Shown: positions 1 through 7,448 of the stretch, in pieces | Numbering within the stretch: position 1 is the stretch's first letter | Layout: each line of letters starts with the position of its first letter | Assembly (NCBI GenBank): GCA_017631055.1 | Contig: JAGBTZ010000043.1 | Span: forward strand, 2,895 to 66,894 | Source of the DNA: Alistipes sp. | Lineage (GTDB): Bacteria > Bacteroidota > Bacteroidia > Bacteroidales > Rikenellaceae | Length of the DNA stretch: 64,000 nt | Direction: 5' to 3' | Translations under genes and position numbers: made by a program | The notes under the pieces: model-generated | Databases searched by the model: none | What the model saw: the letters and a program-made list of their open reading frames with translations, nothing else | Told to the model about the DNA's origin: nothing

Positions 1-2
1 CT

Positions 3-281
3 GCGCTCTCGCCCGAGTTTGTGCCGCTGTTGGAGGTGGGCGCAATCGACAACCTCCACTTTGACCTAAGGGTCAATGGCCAGGTGCGCCAGCAGGGCAA
101 CACTGCCGAGATGCTCTTCTCGGTCGATGAGATTATCAGCCACGTTTCGCAATATATGACACTCAAAATTGGCGACCTTATCTACACGGGTACGCCCTGT
201 GGCGTAGGTCCTGTGGCGGTAGGCGACAACCTCGTTGCTACGCTCGAGGGCCACGAACTGCTCAATTTCGATATCCGCTAA
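3..281 (+). CDS. Fumarylacetoacetate hydrolase family protein, C-terminal part (5' end outside window)
   Basis: Frame is open from the window edge; FAH-family motifs VNGQVRQQGNT..MLF and TLKIGDLIYTGTP.GVG. Confidence 0.85.
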   Translation, partial: ALSPEFVPLLEVGAIDNLHFDLRVNGQVRQQGNTAEMLFSVDEIISHVSQYMTLKIGDLIYTGTPCGVGPVAVGDNLVATLEGHELLNFDIR

Positions 282-310
282 TAAAATCAGACTATAAATC
301 CTCGAAAAGT

Positions 311-904
311 ATGCTTCTGCACGAAAAACTTGCCGACCGCCAACTGATTCTGGCCTCTGCTTCGCCACGCCGCCGCCAACTTATGGAGGATGCGGGTCTG
401 AAATTTACACTCGCTCCGAAGTTTGAGTGCGACGAGAACTATCCCGACACTCTGCCCGCCGGGGAGGTCGCAGCATACCTCTCTACGCTCAAGAGCAACG
501 CCTACCCCGAGCCGTTGAGAGAGGGGGATGTTCTTATCACGGCCGACACTACGGTTGTTATTGACGAGAGGGTCTTGGGCAAGCCTGCCGACCGCGCAGA
601 GGCGATTGAGATGTTGCGTGCGATGTCGGGCCGAAGCCACAAAGTATATACGGGCGTAACACTGCGCTCGAGCGAAAAGATGCAGACCTTTGCAGTGGAG
701 ACCGATGTCTATTTCCGCACAATGGGCGAAGAGGAGATTGCCTACTACGTCGACAACTATCGCCCCTACGACAAGGCGGGCGCATACGGCATTCAGGAGT
801 GGATAGGCTATGTCGCTATCGAGCGCATCGAGGGGTCATTCTTCAATGTTATGGGGCTGCCTGTGCAGCGACTCTATACCGAACTGCTCGCCTTTATCGG
901 ATAA
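311..904 (+). CDS. maf: Maf family nucleoside triphosphate pyrophosphatase
   Basis: LILASASPRRRQL, ADTTVV..LGKP, DKAGAYGIQ, NVMGLP motifs. Confidence 0.92.
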   Translation: MLLHEKLADRQLILASASPRRRQLMEDAGLKFTLAPKFECDENYPDTLPAGEVAAYLSTLKSNAYPEPLREGDVLITADTTVVIDERVLGKPADRAEAIEMLRAMSGRSHKVYTGVTLRSSEKMQTFAVETDVYFRTMGEEEIAYYVDNYRPYDKAGAYGIQEWIGYVAIERIEGSFFNVMGLPVQRLYTELLAFIG

Positions 905-931
905 ATTTATTGCAAAAAGACCCCAAAATAG

Positions 932-958
932 GCTCTGTGTCAAAAGTTGTCACAGAGC
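932..958 (+). terminator. Hairpin after maf, possible terminator
   Basis: gctctgtgtcaa-aag-ttgtcacagagc inverted repeat; U-tract is weak. Confidence 0.45.
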
Positions 959-1008
959 GCCCCTACTTTTGTCATCAAATAAAATTTAATAACCTAAATT
1001 TTCGGGGT

Positions 1009-1467
1009 ATGGGGTTCGTAATCTATTTCGTAAGTTGTATTCTCTCTTTGGTGTTTAAGTTCTATTTCTGGGCTGCCGCGATAGCGATTATCGCTGTTGT
1101 ATACTTATGCCGTTGGTTGTATAGGTTGACAACGCAAGAGATTGATGCTGACTCTAAAATCGAAGAAGAAGAGTTTGATGACGATGGTTCACATGGTTGT
1201 ACAAGACACATTTCTTGTGTAAATTGTGATTTGATCGAGCAGTGCAAAGGTATCCCCTCGCCTCGAAAGAAGAAGCACGATGAATACGATGTGATAAGCG
1301 ATTTTTTCATGTTTAATCACCTATTGGATTCAGATGATAAACATGACGAGAAAGAGCATCATGTGCACGATTCATTCAACTGCGACAATGCTTGGTGTGA
1401 GTGCCACGAAAACGATGGTTATTCGTGGTTTGATGAGAATGGTGAGGATAATGATGCGTGTTGGTAA
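1009..1467 (+). CDS. Hypothetical membrane-anchored protein with acidic, Cys/His-rich C-terminus
   Basis: ATG at 1009 inside ORF 799..1467; hydrophobic N-terminal ~35 aa, then D/E/H/C-rich tail; visibly AT-rich. Confidence 0.7.
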   Translation: MGFVIYFVSCILSLVFKFYFWAAAIAIIAVVYLCRWLYRLTTQEIDADSKIEEEEFDDDGSHGCTRHISCVNCDLIEQCKGIPSPRKKKHDEYDVISDFFMFNHLLDSDDKHDEKEHHVHDSFNCDNAWCECHENDGYSWFDENGEDNDACW

Positions 1468-1497
1468 AACATTCAAGTTCTATCACGCTATCAACCC

Positions 1498-1959
1498 TTA
1501 AAATAGCGAAATAATCCCCTCGGCAGCGTAGATTACGGCTATGTAGCGCACCGCCTTGCCGACCATCATCGCCAGGGTTGTAATCCACGCATTGCTACGC
1601 ATCAATCCCAACACAACGGCTATCGCATCGCCAACGTAAGGCAGCGCCACAAAGAGAGCCATCACAGCCCCTCGACCACGCAGAAATGCTTTGGCCTTTT
1701 CGATGCGCTCGTGGCTTATGCGCAGATAACGCTCAATCCACTCGGTCTTGCCCAAACGACCTATATAGTAGCACGTTACGCCTCCGAGCGTATTGCCCGC
1801 TGTTGCCCAGACCACACACCACAGAGGCGAGAGTCCCGCCTGCGCCAAAGCGACCATAACAAGTTCGGAACTGAACGGCACAACACTGCCCGCCAAGAAT
1901 GCCGAGAGAAAAATCCCGACATAACCCCAATCCATAAAAAACTCCATCAAGGACTCCAT
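1498..1959 (-). CDS. YqaA/DedA (VTT domain) membrane protein
   Basis: FLAGSVVPFSSE, ATAGNTLGGVTCYYIGR, LP.VGD motifs; likely start MESLMEFF at 1959. Confidence 0.85.
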   Translation of the reverse strand: MESLMEFFMDWGYVGIFLSAFLAGSVVPFSSELVMVALAQAGLSPLWCVVWATAGNTLGGVTCYYIGRLGKTEWIERYLRISHERIEKAKAFLRGRGAVMALFVALPYVGDAIAVVLGLMRSNAWITTLAMMVGKAVRYIAVIYAAEGIISLF

Positions 1960-2038
1960 ACTTCGTGTAATCTGCTTCAAATGACGGACAAAATTAAAAA
2001 TTTTGTGCAAAATTCCCCGCCAAACGAAAATAATTTAG

Positions 2039-2046
2039 TAAGTTTG
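2039..2046 (+). promoter_or_regulatory. Bacteroidetes sigma-A -7 element upstream of apt-ileS
   Basis: TAAGTTTG matches TAnnTTTG, 25 nt before the ATG. Confidence 0.55.
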
Positions 2047-2071
2047 CGCAAATAAAATGCCTTAAACAACA

Positions 2072-2632
2072 ATGATTAACACACTCAAATTCTATCAGGA
2101 CTTCCCGAAAGAGGGTATCAAATTCGTGGATATTATTCCGCTATTGCAGGATAAAGCTGTCTATAAGCAACTTATCGACAAGCTGACACAGCTCACAACG
2201 GCTGCCAACGTGGCTGCTCCCGAGGCTCGTGGATTTTTGTTCGCTTCGCCTCTGTTGCTCACCAACGAAAAGGTGCAGAACATTATTCCCATTCGCAAGA
2301 GCGGCAAGCTCCCCTTCAACGAAGGCGACCTTATCGAGGTACGCATCGAGAAGGAGTATGGATTTGACACTCTCTTCTATCGCCGCAGCGATATTGCAGC
2401 CGGAGTGGCCGAGGGTGACGTTTTCGAGGTTACGCTCTTTGACGACGTTCTGGCTACGGGCGGAACAGCCGAGGGAGTTGCCCGCTCGATGGAGTCGATG
2501 CGCATTGTCGTTGATGGGAAGGAGTACGGAGTGAAGATTAAGGAGTTTATCTTCTTGGTACACCTCGAGGAGCTCGGTGGCAAGGCTCGCCTCGAAAGCA
2601 TCGCTCCGGTACATACACTCATGGATATTTAA
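2072..2632 (+). CDS. apt: Adenine phosphoribosyltransferase (divergent)
   Basis: DFPKEGIKFVDI.PLL, EARGFLF, IRKSGKLP, EYG, PRPP-binding DDVLATGGT. Confidence 0.82.
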   Translation: MINTLKFYQDFPKEGIKFVDIIPLLQDKAVYKQLIDKLTQLTTAANVAAPEARGFLFASPLLLTNEKVQNIIPIRKSGKLPFNEGDLIEVRIEKEYGFDTLFYRRSDIAAGVAEGDVFEVTLFDDVLATGGTAEGVARSMESMRIVVDGKEYGVKIKEFIFLVHLEELGGKARLESIAPVHTLMDI

Positions 2633-2646
2633 GCACGAAACGATAT

Positions 2647-5600
2647 ATGAAATTTACAGAGTATAAGGGTCTTGATCTACCCAAACTTGCAAGTGATGTC
2701 CTTGGCGAATGGGATACCAAGGATACCTTCCACAAGAGTATCACAACGCGCGAAGGTCATCCGACATTCGTATTCTACGAGGGACCTCCCTCGGCAAACG
2801 GAATGCCGGGCATTCACCACGTTATGGCGCGTACCATTAAGGATATTTTCTGCCGTTACAAAACCCAGCAGGGCTACCTCGTACACCGCAAGGCTGGATG
2901 GGATACTCACGGACTGCCCGTTGAGCTCGGTGTTGAGAAGGCTCTCGGCATCACCAAGGAGGATATCGGCAAGAAGATTACCGTCGAGGAGTACAACAAG
3001 GCTTGCCGTGCGGATGTGATGAAGTTTACGGGTGTTTGGGAGAACCTTACGCGCCGTATGGGCTACTGGGTAAATATGGACGACCCCTACATCACCTACG
3101 ACAACAAGTATATCGAGACTCTGTGGTGGCTTCTCAAGCAGCTCTTTGACAAGGGTCTGCTCTATAAGGGTTACACCATTCAGCCATACTCGCCCGCAGC
3201 AGGTACGGGTCTTTCGACTCACGAGCTCAACCAGCCGGGTTGCTACCGTGATGTTAAGGATACCACTTGTACCGCACAGTTCAAGGTGGTACGCAATGCC
3301 GAGAGCGAGCACCTCTTTGAGGATGTGCAGGGCGAGCTCTACTTCCTGGCTTGGACAACCACTCCTTGGACTCTGCCCTCGAATACCGCACTCTGCGTTG
3401 GTCCGAAGATTGACTATGTGCGCGTGAAGTGCATCAACCCCTATACTGAGCAGCCGCAAACCGTAATCATCGCTCGTGACCTCGTACCTTCGATTTTCAA
3501 CAAGAAGTTGGAGGGAACATATACGGTCGAGGAGGAGCGCACATATAAGGGCGCTGACCTCGCGGGTATCCACTATGAGCAACTTATCCCCTGGGTTAAG
3601 CCTGTGGAGGCTGACGAGAAGGGCAATTGGACTCCGGCAGCCGAGAAGGCATTCCGCGTAATTACGGGTGACTACGTTACCACCGAGGATGGTACCGGTA
3701 TCGTTCACATCGCACCCACGTTTGGTGCTGACGATGCTTTCGTAGCTCGTGCTGCAGGCATCCCCTCGCTCTTTATGATTAACAAGCGTGGCGAGACCCG
3801 CCCGATGGTTGACTTCACGGGCAAGTTCTACCTGCTCGACGAATTGGACGAGAAGTTCGTTGCGGAGTGTGTCGATGTTGAGGCCTACAAGGATTACGCA
3901 GGCCGCTGGGTTAAGAATGCCTACGATCCGCAGTTTATGGTCGATGGTCGCTATGATGAGAAGGCGGCTGCAGCAGCCGAAAATCTCGACATCTATATCT
4001 CAATGATGCTCAAGGCCTCGAATCGTGCTTTCCGCATCGAGAAGCATACCCACAACTATCCCCACTGCTGGCGTACCGATAAGCCGGTGTTGTACTACCC
4101 GCTCGACTCGTGGTTTATCCGCACAACGGCACTCAAGGAGCGTATGATTGAGCTCAACAAGACCATCCGCTGGAAGCCCGAATCGACAGGCTCAGGCCGT
4201 TTCGGCAAGTGGTTGGAGAATCTCAACGATTGGAACCTCTCGCGTTCGCGCTTCTGGGGCACTCCGCTGCCCATCTGGGCTACCGAGGATCGCTCGGAGA
4301 TGAAGTGTATCGGCTCTGTCGAGGAGCTTATGGGCGAGATTGAGCGCTCGATTGCTGCCGGCTTTATGAGCGAGAATCCCTACAAGAATTTCAAGGTGGG
4401 CGATATGTCGAAGGAGAACTACTCGACCGAGAATATCGACCTGCACAAGCCCTATGTTGATAATATCGTATTGGTTTCGTCAAAGGGCGAGCCTATGCAC
4501 CGCGAGAGCGACCTGATTGACGTTTGGTTCGACTCGGGAGCAATGCCTTATGCGCAGCTGCACTACCCCTTCGAGAATGGCGGTGCCGATTTCCACGATG
4601 TCTACCCCGCAGACTTTATCGCTGAGGGTGTCGACCAGACTCGCGGTTGGTTCTTCACACTGCACGCTATTGCCACTATGCTCTTCGACTCGGTAGCATT
4701 CAAGAATATCATCTCGAATGGTCTGGTGCTCGACAAGAATGGCAACAAGATGTCGAAGCGCCTGGGCAATGCTGTTGATCCGTTCGAGGTACTCGACAAG
4801 TATGGAGCCGATGCCACTCGCTGGTATATGATTTCGAACTCGCAGCCGTGGGATAACCTCAAATTCGATATCGAGGGAGTGGATGAGGTGCGCCGTAAGT
4901 TCTTCGGCACACTCTACAACACCTACTCGTTCTTCGCTCTCTATGCCAATATCGATGGCTTCACCGGCTCGGAGGAGGAGATTCCCGTTGCGGATCGTCC
5001 CGAGATTGACCGCTGGATTATCTCGGAGCTCAACACCCTTATCAAGACCGTTACCGAGTCGCTCGAGGGCTACGACCCGACCCCCGCTGCTCGTGCAATT
5101 CAGGAGTTTGTGGGCGAGAATCTCTCGAACTGGTATGTTCGTCTTAACCGCAAGCGTTTCTGGGGCGGTGAGATGGATAACGATAAGTTGGCTGCATATC
5201 AGACCCTCTACACCTGCTTGGAGAGCGTTGCCAAGTTGTCGGCTCCGTTTGCTCCCTTCATTTCGGATCGCATCTTCTGCGACCTGAATGCTGTGAGCGG
5301 TCGCCACTCTGACGAGTCGGTACACCTCTCTGATTTCCCGAAGGCGGATGAGTCGCTTATCGACACCGAATTGCAGGAGATGATGTCGCTGGCTCAGCGC
5401 ATATCTTCGATGGTGCTGGCTCTGCGCCGTAAGGTCAATATCAAGGTGCGTCAGCCGCTGACCAAGATTTTGGTGCCGGTATTGGACAAGGCGATGGCAA
5501 AGCATATCGAGGCAGTGAAGAGCCTTGTTATGGGCGAGGTCAATGTGAAGGATATCGAACTTATCGAGAAGACTACAGGCCTCATTACCAAGCGCATTAA

Positions 5601-6117
5601 GCCCAACTTCAAGACCCTCGGTCCGAAGTATGGCAAGTATATGAAGCAGATTGCTGCGCTGGTTGCAACCTTCTCGCAGGAGCAGATTGCCCAGGTCGAG
5701 AGCGGTGCTATTTCGCAGCTCGAAATCGAAGGCACACTGCTTGACGTTGCAGTTGAGGACTTCGACATCACCTCGGAGGATATGCCGGGCTGGTTGGTAG
5801 CCTCGGAGGGCAAGATGACCGTTGCACTCGATATCACCGTGACCGATGAGTTGCGCAAGGAGGGTGTGGCACGCGAATTGGTGAACCGCATCCAGAATAT
5901 CCGCAAGGATTCGGGCTTGGAGGTTACCGACAAGATTTCGGTTGAAATCGAGGCTAAGGAGTTGGTTGACGGAGCCGTTGCCGAGTTTGGCGATTACATT
6001 GGCTCTCAGACACTTGCCCTCAGCGTTAAGTGTAGTGCCGAGCCGCAGGGCGAGTTCGTTGTCGAGAGCGATATCGACGAGGAGCCACTGCGCATTGCGA
6101 TAACAAAAATGCACTAA
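2647..6117 (+). CDS. ileS: Isoleucine--tRNA ligase, type 2
   Basis: FYEGPPSANG-PGIHH, GWDTHGLPVE, WTTTPWTLPSN, GTGIVH, EGVDQTRGWF, KMSKR; long type-2 C-terminus. Confidence 0.97.
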   Translation: MKFTEYKGLDLPKLASDVLGEWDTKDTFHKSITTREGHPTFVFYEGPPSANGMPGIHHVMARTIKDIFCRYKTQQGYLVHRKAGWDTHGLPVELGVEKALGITKEDIGKKITVEEYNKACRADVMKFTGVWENLTRRMGYWVNMDDPYITYDNKYIETLWWLLKQLFDKGLLYKGYTIQPYSPAAGTGLSTHELNQPGCYRDVKDTTCTAQFKVVRNAESEHLFEDVQGELYFLAWTTTPWTLPSNTALCVGPKIDYVRVKCINPYTEQPQTVIIARDLVPSIFNKKLEGTYTVEEERTYKGADLAGIHYEQLIPWVKPVEADEKGNWTPAAEKAFRVITGDYVTTEDGTGIVHIAPTFGADDAFVARAAGIPSLFMINKRGETRPMVDFTGKFYLLDELDEKFVAECVDVEAYKDYAGRWVKNAYDPQFMVDGRYDEKAAAAAENLDIYISMMLKASNRAFRIEKHTHNYPHCWRTDKPVLYYPLDSWFIRTTALKERMIELNKTIRWKPESTGSGRFGKWLENLNDWNLSRSRFWGTPLPIWATEDRSEMKCIGSVEELMGEIERSIAAGFMSENPYKNFKVGDMSKENYSTENIDLHKPYVDNIVLVSSKGEPMHRESDLIDVWFDSGAMPYAQLHYPFENGGADFHDVYPADFIAEGVDQTRGWFFTLHAIATMLFDSVAFKNIISNGLVLDKNGNKMSKRLGNAVDPFEVLDKYGADATRWYMISNSQPWDNLKFDIEGVDEVRRKFFGTLYNTYSFFALYANIDGFTGSEEEIPVADRPEIDRWIISELNTLIKTVTESLEGYDPTPAARAIQEFVGENLSNWYVRLNRKRFWGGEMDNDKLAAYQTLYTCLESVAKLSAPFAPFISDRIFCDLNAVSGRHSDESVHLSDFPKADESLIDTELQEMMSLAQRISSMVLALRRKVNIKVRQPLTKILVPVLDKAMAKHIEAVKSLVMGEVNVKDIELIEKTTGLITKRIKPNFKTLGPKYGKYMKQIAALVATFSQEQIAQVESGAISQLEIEGTLLDVAVEDFDITSEDMPGWLVASEGKMTVALDITVTDELRKEGVARELVNRIQNIRKDSGLEVTDKISVEIEAKELVDGAVAEFGDYIGSQTLALSVKCSAEPQGEFVVESDIDEEPLRIAITKMH

Positions 6118-6192
6118 AAGCGCATAAAATTTGGAGAGTAACGTATTTTTACTTACCTTTACATAAAGCAACAACTAAAAACTACAGATTTT

Positions 6193-6579
6193 ATGGCAGA
6201 GGTTGAGAAAACAAGATACAGCGATGCAGAGTTGGAGGAGTTCCGTCAGGTAATTCTTCGCAAACTTGAGGCAGCTCGTGCCGACTATGAATTGTTGCGT
6301 GACACCATTACTCACGCAGCCGGCAACGACACTGAGGACACTTCGCCCACCTATAAGGTGCTCGAAGAGGGTGCAGCTACGCTCTCCAAGGAGGAGAATG
6401 GCCGTTTGGCTACTCACCAATTGAAATTTATCCGCAATCTCGAGATGGCTCTGGTGCGTATCGAGAATAAGACCTATGGTATCTGTAAGACTACTGGCAA
6501 ACTGATTCCTAAGGAGCGCCTGATGAAGGTGCCTCACGCCACCGAGTGCATCGAGGCGAAGGAGGGTCGCTTGAAGTAG
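6193..6579 (+). CDS. TraR/DksA family transcription factor
   Basis: RYSDAELEEFR, coiled coil, ALVRIENKTYGIC..TGKLIPKERL..VPHAT; usual position after ileS in Bacteroidetes. Confidence 0.9.
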   Translation: MAEVEKTRYSDAELEEFRQVILRKLEAARADYELLRDTITHAAGNDTEDTSPTYKVLEEGAATLSKEENGRLATHQLKFIRNLEMALVRIENKTYGICKTTGKLIPKERLMKVPHATECIEAKEGRLK

Positions 6580-6599
6580 AACTATTTTATAAAGGTAGG

Positions 6600-6639
6600 G
6601 AGGGCATATCCGAAAGGGTGTGCCCTCTTGTGTTTTTTT
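6600..6639 (+). terminator. Rho-independent terminator of apt-ileS-dksA
   Basis: gagggcatatcc-gaaa-gggtgtgccctc followed by a T-run. Confidence 0.8.
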
Positions 6640-6690
6640 GAGGGGGGGGGTAGCCTATGACAACGAATGACAGAATTTATTAGAAGAAAA

Positions 6691-6759
6691 ATTAGAGAGT
6701 TTAAGGAGTTTAAGGTGTCTAAGGGATTTCACTAAACTCCTTAATAACCCTTAACAACC
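6691..6759. repeat. Fold-back 9-mer array (TTAAGGAGT-type), copy 1
   Basis: ttagagagt ttaaggagt ttaaggtgt ctaagggat / ttcactaa actccttaa taacccttaa; 20-bp core identical to 24379-24398. Confidence 0.8.
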
Positions 6760-6777
6760 TTTCTTGAAAAAATCTCT

Positions 6778-6943
6778 TGGGGAAACTGGGGTTTCTGGGG
6801 CAATCGGGACAATCAGGGTAATTGGGGTAATTGGAAAATCCCCATTCTCCCCATAAGCTGTCGCAGACAACGCTCCCCATTCTCCCCATAAGCAGCCATC
6901 GGCTGCGCTCCCCATCTAACCCATCCAACCCATCCACCCCACA
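6778..6943. repeat. Fold-back G-rich/C-rich 9-mer array containing two 35-bp hairpin units
   Basis: (TGGGGNNNN)n arm then (CCCCATNNN)n arm; direct 35-mers at 6840-6874 and 6875-6909; related copy at 60477-60575. Confidence 0.8.
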
Positions 6944-7046
6944 TACTTTAGTGAGCAATCCGTACTCTCCGCCAGATGCAGAGCAACCGCCTGCGGCGGG
7001 TTGTGTTTGGGGCTGTGGCGTGGGCTTGCACACAGCCACAAGCACA

Positions 7047-7076
7047 AAACAAAACAGACGACTTGTAAGTCGTCTG
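7047..7076 (-). terminator. Terminator of the tRNA operon
   Basis: cagacgactt-gt-aagtcgtctg inverted repeat followed by TTTTGTTTT on the minus strand. Confidence 0.7.
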
Positions 7077-7091
7077 CTCTGCATCATTTTG

Positions 7092-7166
7092 TGGGAGTTG
7101 ACGGATTCGAACCGCCGACCCTCTGCTTGTAAGGCAGATGCTCTGAACCAGCTGAGCTAAACTCCC
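7092..7166 (-). tRNA. tRNA-Val (TAC)
   Basis: Reverse complement GGGAGTTTAGCTCAGCTGGTTCAGAGCATCTGCC-TTACAA-GCAGAGGGTCGGCGGTTCGAATCCGTCAACTCCCA folds as a cloverleaf. Confidence 0.97.
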
Positions 7167-7194
7167 TAAATTGGTTGCTACCACTGCAACCTTG

Positions 7195-7275
7195 TGCCCA
7201 GGATAGGAGTCGAACCTACACGTCTCTCAACACTCGCACCTGAAACGAGCGCGTCTACCATTTCGCCACCTGGGC
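7195..7275 (-). tRNA. tRNA-Leu (CAG)
   Basis: Reverse complement GCCCAGGTGGCGAAATGGTAGACGCGCTCGT-TTCAGGT-GCGAG, long variable arm, GTTCGACT T-loop, CCTGGGCA. Confidence 0.95.
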
Positions 7276-7288
7276 AACGATTGCGGTG

Positions 7289-7296
7289 CAAAGGTA
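7289..7296 (-). promoter_or_regulatory. -7 promoter element of the tRNA-Leu/tRNA-Val operon
   Basis: TACCTTTG(CA) on the minus strand, 13 nt upstream of tRNA-Leu. Confidence 0.75.
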
Positions 7297-7448
7297 ATAA
7301 ATTTTTACAACTTACAACCCCAAAGCCCGATTTTTTTGATTTTTACTCTAAAAATTCATTCTGACCCAGAATTTTCGTACCTTTATCCCGATAATAGAAA
7401 ATCCTAAACCTGAATCCACATCAAACCCGCAGCAAAATTCAACTCAAG

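Noticed and set aside
4480-6174. 564-aa antisense ORF over ileS (also 2677-3708, 26153-27568, 31835-33163, 39676-41379, 47234-48997, 52108-53460)
   Set aside because: Shadow ORFs of well-supported genes. Sense-strand codon bias (few TTA/CTA/TCA) removes antisense stops, and the products have no recognisable motifs.
6778-6943. Possible CRISPR array (35-bp direct repeats)
   Set aside because: The units are adjacent with no unique spacers, there are only two local copies, and there are no cas genes.
6719-7184. ORFs 6719-7087, 6831-7160 and 6948-7184
   Set aside because: They run through repeat DNA and, in two cases, tRNA-Val; the periodic translations just mirror the 9-mer repeats.
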